NCBI GenBank assembly: GCA_019057795.1
Contig: JAHLWS010000073.1
Location: forward strand, 32,001-96,000
Direction of reading: 5' to 3'
Length of the DNA stretch: 64,000 nucleotides
From: Promethearchaeota archaeon
Lineage (GTDB): Archaea > Asgardarchaeota > Lokiarchaeia > Sigyniarchaeales > SOKP01
How positions within the stretch are numbered: position 1 is the first letter of the stretch; each line of letters starts with the position of its first letter. Position numbers and translations under genes: made by a program. Shown here in pieces: positions 19,553 through 30,253 of this stretch. The notes below the pieces were generated by a model, which did not search any database, had not been told where the DNA came from, and saw only the letters and a list, made by a program, of their open reading frames with translations.

Positions 19553-20602
19553 ATGACTATAAGTGAAGATATGACAATTGACTCCAAAAAATCGGATGAT
19601 GTTATACTTTCTGTAAAAAATTTAAAAACATATTACCCTATTTATGGTGGTATATTAAAACGTAAAATTGGAGAAGTTAAAGCAGTAGATGGAGTTTCTT
19701 TTAATCTTCATAAAAGAGAAACCTTAGGATTAGTAGGTGAAAGTGGATGCGGCAAAACGACTATTGGAAACACTATTTTAAATTTAGTTCCAGCTACATC
19801 TGGAGAAATTTGGTTCAAAAATGAGAGAATTGATGACAATTTTAAAAAGGATTTACGGAAAAAAATTCAAATGGTATTCCAAGATCCTGATTCTTCTCTT
19901 AATCCAAGATGGAAAGTAGTAAATATTATCGGTGAGCCCTTAAAACTCTTAATGAGGATGAAAAAAAAACGAGAGATTCGAAGACGAGTTCTTGAACTAT
20001 TAGAAACAGTGTCTATGAAAAATGAGCATTTAGATCGATTTCCACATGAATTCTCTGGAGGGCAAAAACAAAGAATTGTTATAGCAAGAGCTCTTGCTTG
20101 TAATCCTGAATTAATAATTTTAGATGAACCAACATCTGCTCTTGATGTATCCGTACAAGCCCAAATTTTAAACTTATTGAAAGCCCTTCAGAAAGAATTC
20201 GACTTATCTTATCTGTTCATTACGCATGATTTAAGTGTTATTCAACATATAGGTGATAGAATAGAGGTTATGTACTTAGGAAAATTCGTTGAGGGAGGCC
20301 CTATTGAAGAAGTATTCTATAACCCAGCGCATCCCTATAGTAAAGCCTTATTATCAGCAAGACCGACATTTGATCCGACTTCTAGAATAGATAGGATTAT
20401 TCTTGAAGGAGATGTGCCAAGCCCTATTAATCCGCCTTCAGGATGTTCCTTTCATCCTCGATGTCAAGAAATGGAAAAACATGAGGGGTGTGGTGTAAAT
20501 ACCCCTCCAAGAGTTCAATTAGGTAAAGATCATTACATGTACTGCGTACCATTAAAAGATGAAAAAAAGTCGTATAAAGGAATGGAATATATCTCAGACT
20601 AA
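19553..20602 (+). CDS. dppF: Peptide ABC transporter ATPase
   Basis: GESGCGKT, FSGGQKQR, IILDEPT and GCSFHPRC motifs. Confidence 0.93.
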   Translation: MTISEDMTIDSKKSDDVILSVKNLKTYYPIYGGILKRKIGEVKAVDGVSFNLHKRETLGLVGESGCGKTTIGNTILNLVPATSGEIWFKNERIDDNFKKDLRKKIQMVFQDPDSSLNPRWKVVNIIGEPLKLLMRMKKKREIRRRVLELLETVSMKNEHLDRFPHEFSGGQKQRIVIARALACNPELIILDEPTSALDVSVQAQILNLLKALQKEFDLSYLFITHDLSVIQHIGDRIEVMYLGKFVEGGPIEEVFYNPAHPYSKALLSARPTFDPTSRIDRIILEGDVPSPINPPSGCSFHPRCQEMEKHEGCGVNTPPRVQLGKDHYMYCVPLKDEKKSYKGMEYISD

Positions 20603-20710
20603 TCAAATATTTTTCCTTTTCAATTTTCATAATACTTTTTCTTAAGTAGATTTAATATTATTAGAAAAATCATAAAAAAAATAAATTATTGAACTTTTTT
20701 TATAATAATC

Positions 20711-21880
20711 ATGCCTCACAAATCTCAGATTTTTGTAGTAAAAACGTCTCCAAATACAGTTTTGGAGGATTATAAAAAATTAATGCATTTAGCAGAATAT
20801 GAAAAGTTTTACGATAAAAATAATAAAACCATCTTAAAATTAAATTTAAGTTGGTCAAAATTTTTCCCTTCGTGCTCCAGTCCACCATGGCAAGTGGAAG
20901 GAGTACTAAAAACTATGGTAGAAGATGGTTATAATCCAAAAAAAATCTTCACTGCTGAAAATAGAACTGTCGTGACGAACATCGAAAAGGGGCTAAAAGG
21001 AAACAAGTGGGGCCCTATTATCAAGAGATATGGTGCGTGGTTTGTACCGTTAACACGGGTACCGTTTGTGCCGTATGAATCGTTAAGACATAGATTTATT
21101 TCGTTGAAAAATAGGCAGTTGCATGTTCTTGATTCTAAAATATTTCCAGAAGGTTTTAAAATTCCAGAATTTTACGTTGGGAAATCCATAATTCACCTTC
21201 CAACCATGAAAACTCACGGTCATACGGGGGCGATCGGAGGCTCATTGAAACAAACCAAGGAAGAAATGAAGCATGGGGGTATAACATGCGCTATGAAAAA
21301 TGCCTTCGGTGGCCTTTTGACCAAGCGTAGACATTTTAGTCACCAATTTATATCTGAAGTATTAGTAGATTTGTTAATAATTCAAAAACAAATACACCCG
21401 AACATTATGGCGATAGTAGATGGAACTGTGTGTGGGGATGGGGCGGGACCAAGAACTATGATTCCTCGAATAAAAAATTTTCTCCTTGCGGGGTACGACC
21501 AAGTCGCAGTTGACGCCGTTGTAGCAAAAATGTTAGGATTTGAACCTTTGAAACTACCAGCTATAAAATTAGCCCATGAAGAAGGGTTGGGCTGCGGAGA
21601 CTTCGAAGATATTGAGATTATTGGAGAAGATGTATCGAACATAAATTGGAACTTTAAAGTAAAACGCAGTTTGGTAATTTGGGGAGATCAGATGGTTAGG
21701 AAAGGATCTTTACAGTTTATAAATCCATTATTACAAAATAAAATCTTTTTTACTTTTCCAATTTTAGGTTCCTTAATCTTTCATGATATGCTATGGTACC
21801 CTACAATCGGCAAGAAAAGAATAAATAATTTCCTTAAATCAGGATGGGGAAAACTTTTCAAAAATTATCCTCATAATTAG
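20711..21880 (+). CDS. DUF362-family (Fe-S-associated) protein
   Basis: LKLNLSW, PTMKTH...AMKNAFG, DGTVCGDGAGP and DQVAVD motifs. Confidence 0.8.
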   Translation: MPHKSQIFVVKTSPNTVLEDYKKLMHLAEYEKFYDKNNKTILKLNLSWSKFFPSCSSPPWQVEGVLKTMVEDGYNPKKIFTAENRTVVTNIEKGLKGNKWGPIIKRYGAWFVPLTRVPFVPYESLRHRFISLKNRQLHVLDSKIFPEGFKIPEFYVGKSIIHLPTMKTHGHTGAIGGSLKQTKEEMKHGGITCAMKNAFGGLLTKRRHFSHQFISEVLVDLLIIQKQIHPNIMAIVDGTVCGDGAGPRTMIPRIKNFLLAGYDQVAVDAVVAKMLGFEPLKLPAIKLAHEEGLGCGDFEDIEIIGEDVSNINWNFKVKRSLVIWGDQMVRKGSLQFINPLLQNKIFFTFPILGSLIFHDMLWYPTIGKKRINNFLKSGWGKLFKNYPHN

Positions 21881-22671
21881 GGTTTAATTTCTTTCGCATC
21901 TTTAAGAACTCCCTCTATTAAATCTCTAAAATTAAGATTATATTTCTTATCTAATTGAATATGGATCAAAAATTCAACAGCCCCTCCTTTTCCTAAAAGA
22001 GGAGAAACCATTATACCCTTAGGAAAGAAAGAATTCTCAACATTCCATTCCATTAGGTTAAGTAAAATCTGGTAAAGCTTTTCTGAATCATTTATTACTT
22101 TTAATTTGGTTTCTTCACGAAAGTTTGTTTCAAAAAGAGGTTTAACTAAAACAACAATATCTCCATTTTTCTTCAAATAATTCCTAATGTTAGGTAGTAC
22201 TGACTTGAGCGAAGAGAAAGTTATGTCTATTGTTACAATGTCTACTTTATTGGGTAGAGTTTTCAAACTTCTAGCATCGACTCCTAATAGTTCGACAATT
22301 TTTTCATTCTTGCATTTTAAGGAAGGATGAAGTATATCTGTTGCAGTATCAATTGCGTAAATTTTAATCGCTCCATGTTGCAATAAGCAATCTGTAAAAC
22401 CTCCGATTGAAGCTCCAATATCAGCGCAAACCTTTCCTTTAACTGAGATAGAGAAACGCTCTAATGCCGCTTCTAACTTAAGTCCTCCCCGCCCAACATA
22501 AGGAAATTTTCTCATTAATTGGATGTCAGAAGTGTTTTCAATTTTTTTACCCGGTTTAGTATTTATTACATCGTTTACATACACATATCCCTTTTTTATT
22601 AACCACTGTGCTTTTGTTCTACTTTCTACTAACCTTCTTTCCACTAATAGGATGTCTAAGCGTTCTTTCAT
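21877..22671 (-). CDS. tlyA: TlyA-family rRNA 2'-O-methyltransferase (S4 + FtsJ domains)
   Basis: MKERLD..L, YVGRGGLKL, DIGASIGGFTD and LVKPLFE motifs; start set to ATG 22671. Confidence 0.88.
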   Translation of the reverse strand: MKERLDILLVERRLVESRTKAQWLIKKGYVYVNDVINTKPGKKIENTSDIQLMRKFPYVGRGGLKLEAALERFSISVKGKVCADIGASIGGFTDCLLQHGAIKIYAIDTATDILHPSLKCKNEKIVELLGVDARSLKTLPNKVDIVTIDITFSSLKSVLPNIRNYLKKNGDIVVLVKPLFETNFREETKLKVINDSEKLYQILLNLMEWNVENSFFPKGIMVSPLLGKGGAVEFLIHIQLDKKYNLNFRDLIEGVLKDAKEIKP

Positions 22672-22792
22672 CTCTTCAGCATAAAAATATTTTAATATCA
22701 ATTGGTAATAACGATGAAAATAATAAAATCATTTTTATGAATTTCTATAAAAAGTCGAATTTTATATTCTTAGAATAAAAACTTAATGTGAT

Positions 22793-23302
22793 ATGTCTAA
22801 TTCTTTAGTTGATTATCTTTACTTTAGTCAGATTGTAAACATAAAAAAGAAATTCTTTAACATAGAATTAAAGTTTATTAAATTCTTTTTTGAAATTACA
22901 AAAATCGTTCCGGTATTTGTAATTATCAGAAATCAGTTTGTATTCTATTTTGTAAAACCAAGAGATTTTTTTATAGCTAAATTTTTTCTAAGAAAATTAA
23001 GATATAAGCTCAATGGTAAAAAAATTTCAATAATCCGGGCTGAAACAACGTTAATAAGGCTAGTTTTCAGCTTTTTTGACGATGTTTATATTCATAATGT
23101 AAAATTGATTGAAAAAACAAATGGAACTTTAATTGATGTAATATTTTTATTTGATAAAGATAGGGCTATTGCCGTTGGAAATGAAGGCGGTTATATTAAA
23201 GCCGTTAATTATATCTTTAGAAATTACATTGATTTTGATAGTCCTTTTAACCAATTCGAAAAAGATCCGGTAGAAATAAAGTGTACTAAAACTAATTTAT
23301 AA
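22793..23302 (+). CDS. Divergent archaeal NusA-like KH-domain protein
   Basis: DRAIAVGNEGGYIKAVN resembles the second KH GxxG motif of archaeal NusA. Confidence 0.5.
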   Translation: MSNSLVDYLYFSQIVNIKKKFFNIELKFIKFFFEITKIVPVFVIIRNQFVFYFVKPRDFFIAKFFLRKLRYKLNGKKISIIRAETTLIRLVFSFFDDVYIHNVKLIEKTNGTLIDVIFLFDKDRAIAVGNEGGYIKAVNYIFRNYIDFDSPFNQFEKDPVEIKCTKTNL

Positions 23303-23327
23303 TCAAGACGAGTTTTTTATCATGTAG

Positions 23328-24431
23328 CTAGTGTTTATTTTTTTCCTCGATTCTACCTGCTAAATAAAAACTTATTTTACCTAATATTACTTTTAATGAA
23401 GCCTTCCAACCCCAAGTTTTGTATATTTGCCTTAATATCAAGCCAACCAAAATAAAAGAAACTACAACGGCTATCCAAATACTAAATGGATCTAAGCTGT
23501 TTAAAAAAATAAAATACATCAAATTATGCCCTAAATAAACAGTAAAGGAATAATAAGAGAAGTAAAACAATAGTTTGTAACTTCTTTTAGTTTTAAAAAC
23601 GTTAAATTCCTCAAGAGTTATTAATATTAACAGCAATATTAAATCGATACCTAACGTATAAATTAACCAAGAAAAACTGCTTCTGATTAGAAAACTTGGA
23701 AAATCAAATATTAAGCCAAAAAAAATTAACAATAAACCAAAGATACACATTGGTAAAAATAATCTTTTTTTCAACTCATTTTTTCTGTTTTGTGGTTTTT
23801 TGTTGAAATTTATCTCATATAAGACATCTCCAATAACAGTTCCAAAAAGAAAAAAGGGAAAAAAGTTAAGTAAAGTATCTTGACCTAAATCGTTATATAA
23901 AATGTGATATAAGACGCCTTGTAGAGTTGCTAAACCTTGATGTGGAGATAAGAAATTATAAATAAATTGATTTATGATCCAAATCGAAAAACAAATAAAA
24001 ATTCTAGTCTTTTTTGATAATTTAAATAATGGCCATGTTATAAGTAAGGAAAAGGCAGCAGTCATTAATACAAACCATGTCCAAATCCATGATAAGTTAC
24101 CTATCGAAAGAGCTATTGCAAAATTATAACCTAAAGCAATTATGAATAAAAATAATGCTCGAAAGTAATAAGATTGTTTTACTCTCGAATAACTTAGCTC
24201 ATTCAATATCTCAACTCTATAAATTCGATCTCGATACGATATAGCTATACTTACGCCTGAAATAAATAAAAACCCAGAAGCCCCAATCGGATCCAAAATA
24301 CTATGAGTATAATTTTTTAAAGAAAAATATTCAGCTTTAAGCCACCAGTCTAATAAATGACCTAAAAACATCCAACCCATACATATTCCGCGAAATATGT
24401 CAATACTTTTTAGTCTTTTCATTAATTTCAA
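23328..24431 (-). CDS. DUF1624/HGSNAT-like membrane acyltransferase, paralog 1
   Basis: RLKSIDIFRG...GH and FLFISGVS motifs; polytopic. Confidence 0.78.
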   Translation of the reverse strand: MKLMKRLKSIDIFRGICMGWMFLGHLLDWWLKAEYFSLKNYTHSILDPIGASGFLFISGVSIAISYRDRIYRVEILNELSYSRVKQSYYFRALFLFIIALGYNFAIALSIGNLSWIWTWFVLMTAAFSLLITWPLFKLSKKTRIFICFSIWIINQFIYNFLSPHQGLATLQGVLYHILYNDLGQDTLLNFFPFFLFGTVIGDVLYEINFNKKPQNRKNELKKRLFLPMCIFGLLLIFFGLIFDFPSFLIRSSFSWLIYTLGIDLILLLILITLEEFNVFKTKRSYKLLFYFSYYSFTVYLGHNLMYFIFLNSLDPFSIWIAVVVSFILVGLILRQIYKTWGWKASLKVILGKISFYLAGRIEEKNKH

Positions 24432-24477
24432 AAAATATTTGTGAATTAAACTTAAATATTTAGAATTTAATTCTAAA

Positions 24478-25575
24478 CTAATTAAAATTTTTTCTATTAT
24501 CGATTAATTTAGCAATTCCTAGACTCAACCTACCTATTTGTGCTTTTATGGAAAAGTTAGAGCCCCATTTGTTATGGATACTCCTTAAGGCAAATCCTAT
24601 GATGAGTATTATTGCTGATATATAAATCCAAATGTTAAATGGATACAAACTATCTACAAATAGAAAATATAATAAATTATGTAAGAGGTATACTGTAAAG
24701 GAGTAATAAGAAAAATAAGAGAGAAATCGGTATCTTTTTTGAGTATTAAGCATCCCAATTTCTTCCATTCCCAATATAAATGCAAAAATTATTAATTCAA
24801 TTCCTAAAGAATAAAAAAACCAAGAAAATGTTCGATGATGTAAAAAGTTTGGAAATTGAAAGATAACCCCAAATACTATTAAAATTACTCCTGATATTAA
24901 TGAAGGAATTAGAAATTTCTTTTTAAATACTTCTCTATTAACCTTTTTGTTATCATCTGAATATAAATCGTAAAGAACATCTCCTATAACAGTACCTATA
25001 ACAAAAAACGTAAAAAACGATAATATCGGGTCTAATTCCAAGTTATTGTACAATACATAATACATAACGCCAAAAAGATTATTTTGACCAACATATCCCA
25101 ATAAAAAAGTTATTAATATTTGGTTTAGAAACCATAAACTTATTCCAAAACAGATTCTAAATAGCTTCGATGTTTTAAACAACGGCCAAATCATAATAAG
25201 AGAAATTGCAATTGTAAGAAGAATAAACCAATGCCATATTATAGATAGATCATGAAACATTACTGCAACAAATGTGTTATAAAGCAAAGAAATTATTAAA
25301 ATAAAAAAAGCTCGAAGGAAATACTCGTTTCTTAGAGTTTTTTTACCGTAAGATTTCGATATTTCAGCCTTTTTAGTTCTGCTTCTATACGATAAAACTG
25401 CACTTACTCCAGAAAGAAATAAAAAGGCTCCTGATCCTATTGGATCTGCAATTGCTCTATATATATCAAAGAACCACATGCTCTCTTGAGTAAGGTACCA
25501 CTCGGTCATATGGCCCACGATCATATGCACCATGCTTAATCCGCGCAAAATATCGATAGTTTTAAATCTTTTCAA
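24478..25575 (-). CDS. DUF1624/HGSNAT-like membrane acyltransferase, paralog 2
   Basis: RFKTIDILRG...GH and FLFLSGVS; clear tandem paralog of 23328-24431. Confidence 0.78.
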   Translation of the reverse strand: MKRFKTIDILRGLSMVHMIVGHMTEWYLTQESMWFFDIYRAIADPIGSGAFLFLSGVSAVLSYRSRTKKAEISKSYGKKTLRNEYFLRAFFILIISLLYNTFVAVMFHDLSIIWHWFILLTIAISLIMIWPLFKTSKLFRICFGISLWFLNQILITFLLGYVGQNNLFGVMYYVLYNNLELDPILSFFTFFVIGTVIGDVLYDLYSDDNKKVNREVFKKKFLIPSLISGVILIVFGVIFQFPNFLHHRTFSWFFYSLGIELIIFAFILGMEEIGMLNTQKRYRFLSYFSYYSFTVYLLHNLLYFLFVDSLYPFNIWIYISAIILIIGFALRSIHNKWGSNFSIKAQIGRLSLGIAKLIDNRKNFN

Positions 25576-25686
25576 TTACAGTATCCCCAAAGCTCCAAGT
25601 GCTATAGATAGCAATAATTTTTAAAATCTTTTTTATAACTGTAATTTGATGAAATTATTCAAAATTATTAAATTTTTCAGCTATAA

Positions 25687-26541
25687 CTAATAATATCTTA
25701 TTTCATTAATCAACCGAGTAGATTCTTTAAGTGAAATTTCACCGTGTAACACATTTTCAGCAATTTCTCCCAGTGTATTTATATTTTCGTCAATCTTTTC
25801 AAAATTCCTTTTGAATACACCTTCATTTTGTAATTTATTTAATCTTTTTTGTTTGTAAATCGAGTCGTAATTTTTCTCGTTTACTTCAATGCCTTTCCTA
25901 AATGCTAATATTAATGCTGAGATTTCATCTTTAGAAAAATTTCGTTCTTTTTGTTTTTTAATTATTCTCATTTTCGAGGATTTGTATTCATTAATTAAAA
26001 ATATATTAACATTCTTTCTCCCGTGTAAAAATTTAAAAATATTTTCTATTAATTCATATGTAAATGATGGTACACCCATTCCTAATTTAAAAGTTAGCAC
26101 CATTAAATTTGGGTTGCTATCTTGAAAAGTGTGAATGTTGTTCTTTATAGCTACCAATAACTCGTCTTTTTCATAACAACAAAAAGAATCTAAATAATAA
26201 TCATCTAAAAAAATCATCAATCCAATTTTTTTTCCCGGATCGATTGAAAAAGTTAAACTTAAGTAGTTATTTTTATATTCTATACGATATGCAGAGATTA
26301 CTCTTAATAGATATTGCTCGAAATTCTCGCCTTTCGAATATACAAGAAAACTTACCTTAAGATCTTTATTATAATAACTTTCAAATTCATCCCGTGTTGT
26401 TAAGATAATGGATGGAGCGTTTGGAATTTTATTTCCAGGATTTAATATTTCAGCTTTAATTCTTTTTTCATTTAATCTTTTATTTATTTTATAAAAAAAG
26501 TTCAGATTCTCCGTTAATATATATAAATGTTTATTTCTCAA
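25687..26541 (-). CDS. RNase H-like fold (YqgF/RuvC-like) hypothetical protein
   Basis: SIDPGKKIG, INEYKSS and DEISA motifs. Confidence 0.55.
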   Translation of the reverse strand: MRNKHLYILTENLNFFYKINKRLNEKRIKAEILNPGNKIPNAPSIILTTRDEFESYYNKDLKVSFLVYSKGENFEQYLLRVISAYRIEYKNNYLSLTFSIDPGKKIGLMIFLDDYYLDSFCCYEKDELLVAIKNNIHTFQDSNPNLMVLTFKLGMGVPSFTYELIENIFKFLHGRKNVNIFLINEYKSSKMRIIKKQKERNFSKDEISALILAFRKGIEVNEKNYDSIYKQKRLNKLQNEGVFKRNFEKIDENINTLGEIAENVLHGEISLKESTRLINEIRYY

Positions 26542-26583
26542 TTTATTAATATAAATTAAAGATTTAATTAAAAACTTTTAATT

Positions 26584-27279
26584 ATGAATTTTCCTATCAA
26601 ACAAATAAACGATTTCTTTAATTCCATAGATATCTTCGAGGGAATCACTTCATTATGGGGTGATATTGGCGTTGGTAAAACTACTTTATCGCTCCAAACA
26701 GCTTATAATAACGCGTTAAGTGGTTTTAAGGTAATTTATATATATAGCAAACCAAATTTCCCTTACTATAAAATTGATTCTGTTATTGAAAACGATTTAA
26801 ATGAAGTATTGAATAATATTTTGTTTAGTAAGCCTATAACTTTTAAAGATTTATATAACCTTGTTTTTAATTTAGAATTTATTATTATTGATGATTTAAA
26901 AAACGATGATGGCTCTTTTAATTTAATTATAGTTGATTCAATAACTGATTTATATGGATTAGAATTACAACAAGATAAAAAAGAGAAAAATTACATTCTG
27001 AATTATAAGTTAAATCAAATTCTAGCTAACTTAACTTTTTTAAATAAAAAATATCACATTGATGTTTTAATTGTAAATGAACTTAGCAGAAAAACTCAAG
27101 AGGGCCAAATTTATGAAGTGGAACGCGGCGGCAATGTTATGGAATATTGGGTAAAAAAATCTATCAAAATTGAACGAACGGATAAATTGAACCACCGTAA
27201 GTTTTTTTTAATGAAAGGAAAAAGTAATAATTCGATCGTATTTTATTCTATATTAAATAAACAAGGTTTTGAAGAATAA
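26584..27279 (+). CDS. RadB-like RecA-superfamily ATPase
   Basis: Walker A GDIGVGKT; Walker B LIIVDSI. Confidence 0.75.
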   Translation: MNFPIKQINDFFNSIDIFEGITSLWGDIGVGKTTLSLQTAYNNALSGFKVIYIYSKPNFPYYKIDSVIENDLNEVLNNILFSKPITFKDLYNLVFNLEFIIIDDLKNDDGSFNLIIVDSITDLYGLELQQDKKEKNYILNYKLNQILANLTFLNKKYHIDVLIVNELSRKTQEGQIYEVERGGNVMEYWVKKSIKIERTDKLNHRKFFLMKGKSNNSIVFYSILNKQGFEE

Positions 27280-27321
27280 AAAAAAGAAAAAAGTAGTTGA
27301 ATAAAGATCAGAATACCCCAA

Positions 27322-28293
27322 ATGAAATTGTCAAAATGGTTGAATAATAACATCCCTCATTATTTTTCAAATAAAAGCGATTTAATAGAAATTATAGAAA
27401 TTATTGCTGAAGCAACCATCCCTATTCGCGGGTTATTAGAAAGGGGCATCACATCTCGCGAAATTGAGCAGAGAATGAATATTAAAAAGGTAAAAGAAAA
27501 GACTATAAATGTTTACGGCGAATCCCAAATTCACGAAGATATATTAACACACAGCATTATATTAAAAGCGCTACAAGAAAGCGATACAGATTTTCTTTTT
27601 GTTGCTTCTGAAGAAGCAGAGCCCGTTTTAAGTGATGGAAAGTTTGGTATAACAATAGATCCTGTTGATGGCTCTTCAAATGTTATAGTAAATAGAACTG
27701 TTGGGACGATTGTGGGAATTTATGACGAGGCGGGGCGCATTGTATGTAGTTTCTATGTACTTTATGGGATTTATACTAACTTAATCTTAGCGCTTAATGG
27801 ACAAGTTGCTGAATTCATTTTAGATACATCACCTTATAGCATGACTTTTTACCATTATGTCTTTCAAGAATTAAAAACTTTGCCCAACAAAGAAGAGGGG
27901 GGCATTAGATGTCTTGGAGGTGATTCTACGGAATGGTCAGATAAATGTAGGGCTTATGAACAACTATTAATTAATCATCATTTTAAAAATCGTTATAGCG
28001 GAAGCTTTGTTGGTGATTTCCATGCAATAATAACTTATGGTGGAATTTACTCATACTTTCCTTCACCAAAACCAAAAATTCGCGTATATTATGAGTGGCT
28101 CCCGTTAGCTTTTATCATCAAAATTTTAAACGGAGAATTTTTAATTATTGGAAGTATTGAAGACCATAACAAAGTAAAAAAGATTGAACATATTGAGCCA
28201 TTAACTAAGACTAATGTGAACAAGATACATGATGAGACTTCTGGTGGTTTGTTAGGGAGCGCAATACCTGTTAACCTCTTTTTATCGCTCTAA
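27322..28293 (+). CDS. fbp: Fructose-1,6-bisphosphatase class I
   Basis: ASEE, DPVDGSSN, VGTI, RYSGSFVGDFH, GGIYSY and KIR.YYE motifs. Confidence 0.85.
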   Translation: MKLSKWLNNNIPHYFSNKSDLIEIIEIIAEATIPIRGLLERGITSREIEQRMNIKKVKEKTINVYGESQIHEDILTHSIILKALQESDTDFLFVASEEAEPVLSDGKFGITIDPVDGSSNVIVNRTVGTIVGIYDEAGRIVCSFYVLYGIYTNLILALNGQVAEFILDTSPYSMTFYHYVFQELKTLPNKEEGGIRCLGGDSTEWSDKCRAYEQLLINHHFKNRYSGSFVGDFHAIITYGGIYSYFPSPKPKIRVYYEWLPLAFIIKILNGEFLIIGSIEDHNKVKKIEHIEPLTKTNVNKIHDETSGGLLGSAIPVNLFLSL

Positions 28294-28351
28294 AAGAGGT
28301 TATAATTTTGTCTAATTTATTAATTAACTTGAGCAAAATGATTAATCTAAT

Positions 28352-29602
28352 ATGAAGATTGGAAATCTCAACCTAAATAATAACAAATATGTCAAAAAAC
28401 AAGAAGGTTCTGTAGAATTCTATTTATATAAGAATGACAAAGATAGTATACCTTCCAAATCAATGGGTGTTTTTTATAATGAAAAAATGGAAATAAATCG
28501 AGATATTTCAATCTTAACTATACTAACATATAATAAACTGATTAATCGAGATTCGTTGGTAATGGTAGATTGTATGGCTGCTTCGGGCATAGGCTCTATT
28601 AGATTGTTAAAAGCTTCCAATAACTTTAAAAAAATATTTATCAACGATATTAACCCGATAGCCGTAAAACTTATTAAAAGAAATTTAAAACTAAACGATT
28701 TAGAAAAAAATACTCAAATCATCTCCTCACTCAAAGATGCCAATTTATTATGCATAGAAATCGCGCAAAAATCTTGCTTAATTGGAGAAAAAAAGATTGA
28801 AAGCCCCAATGTAATTTCAATTGATCCTTTTGGCACTCCAAACATATATATTGATTCTGCATTTAAATCGATTAAAAAAGAAAATGGATTGTTATGTATA
28901 ACGGCCACGGATACCGCAGTATTATTTGGAGTAAAACCAAAGGCTTGTATTAGAAAGTACATGTCTAAACCACTTCACACGGAATATTGTAAAGAAATTG
29001 GAGCAAGGATACTAATATATTATATTTCAAGAATTGCTAATGTTAACAATTTAGGAATAATTCCGTTGTTAACTTTTTATTCAAATCACTTCATAAGAAT
29101 TTTTGCTCTTACATATAAAAGTAAGGCGAAGATTTTTAAGGACATATCAAATAGTTATGGATATATTATCCATTGTAAGAATTGCGGGTATCGTTCGTCC
29201 GTTTTAAACGATATATTAACAATTCCTCAAAAATGTCCATCATGCTTAAAAGAAGAACCATTATCATATTCTGGCCCCCTATGGATTAAAGAATTACATA
29301 AAAGATATTTTCTTGAAGAAATAATTCAGTTAAATGAAAAATTCAATTTTAAGAGTAAAAATAGAATATCTAAAATTATTAAATACGCATTAGATGAAAT
29401 AGGTATGCCCGTTTCTTATTATAACATACATAAATTATGTCAACAATTAAAGCTCCCATCAATTCCCAAAATCGAAAAATTAATTGAAGCAATTGGCGAA
29501 AGTGGTTATTCAGCATCAAGAACTCATTTCGATTTTATATCAATTAAAACAAATATGGGAATTAATGCGTTAAAAAATATACTAAAAAATATACTAAATT
29601 AA
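28352..29602 (+). CDS. trm1: tRNA (guanine26-N2)-dimethyltransferase
   Basis: VFYN..M..NRD, AASGIGSIR, IDPFGTP, TATD and RTHF motifs. Confidence 0.93.
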   Translation: MKIGNLNLNNNKYVKKQEGSVEFYLYKNDKDSIPSKSMGVFYNEKMEINRDISILTILTYNKLINRDSLVMVDCMAASGIGSIRLLKASNNFKKIFINDINPIAVKLIKRNLKLNDLEKNTQIISSLKDANLLCIEIAQKSCLIGEKKIESPNVISIDPFGTPNIYIDSAFKSIKKENGLLCITATDTAVLFGVKPKACIRKYMSKPLHTEYCKEIGARILIYYISRIANVNNLGIIPLLTFYSNHFIRIFALTYKSKAKIFKDISNSYGYIIHCKNCGYRSSVLNDILTIPQKCPSCLKEEPLSYSGPLWIKELHKRYFLEEIIQLNEKFNFKSKNRISKIIKYALDEIGMPVSYYNIHKLCQQLKLPSIPKIEKLIEAIGESGYSASRTHFDFISIKTNMGINALKNILKNILN

Positions 29603-29608
29603 ATAGGA

Positions 29609-30253
29609 ATGTGGACCATGCCAAAGGCAGCAGAAGATCATAAGAAAGACGCCGTGTATAAGCAAGCTAAACGTAAAGGATATAGAGCCCGCTCAGCATT
29701 TAAATTACTTGATATACAAAGAAGATTCACCATTTTTAAAAGGGCTTTTTATATATTGGATTTGGGTAGTACTCCGGGTTCATGGCTTCAAGTTGCGAAG
29801 AAATTTGCTGAAGAAAATTTATTGAAATATAACGATAAATATTATCACCGAGATCATTATAAAATTATGGGTATAGATATAAAACATATAACGCCTATTG
29901 AAAATATTAACACAGTTCGAATTGATTTTACTACACCTGAGTTTCAAATTGAAGTTAAAAAATACTTCGAAGGAGAAAAACTAGATCTTATCTTATCTGA
30001 TGCCAGTATCAAAAAATCAGGAAATAAATTTAGTGATCAAGCCATGCAAGTAAAACTCTGTTTTAAAATTCTTGAACTTACAAAATTTTTAAAAATTAAG
30101 GGAAACTTCGTAATAAAGATATTTCAAGGGGCTGATTATGATGATTTTTACATAAAAATGAAGCAAAACTTTACGATCGTTAAAAGTCTAAAACCAAGCT
30201 CGTCTAGCAAAAAGAGTAATGAAATCTATTTAATTGGTTTAAAGAAAAAATAA
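29609..30253 (+). CDS. rlmE: 23S rRNA Um2552 methyltransferase (RlmE/FtsJ)
   Basis: GYRARSAFKL, LDLGSTPGSW, LILSD, FVIKIFQG and SNEIY motifs. Confidence 0.9.
   Translation: MWTMPKAAEDHKKDAVYKQAKRKGYRARSAFKLLDIQRRFTIFKRAFYILDLGSTPGSWLQVAKKFAEENLLKYNDKYYHRDHYKIMGIDIKHITPIENINTVRIDFTTPEFQIEVKKYFEGEKLDLILSDASIKKSGNKFSDQAMQVKLCFKILELTKFLKIKGNFVIKIFQGADYDDFYIKMKQNFTIVKSLKPSSSSKKSNEIYLIGLKKK

Noticed and set aside
21223-21280. In-frame insertions in DUF362 (also in RlmE and GcvH) tested as further mRNA introns
   Set aside because: They keep the reading frame, and I could not build a 4-bp helix with two 3-nt bulges at their borders.
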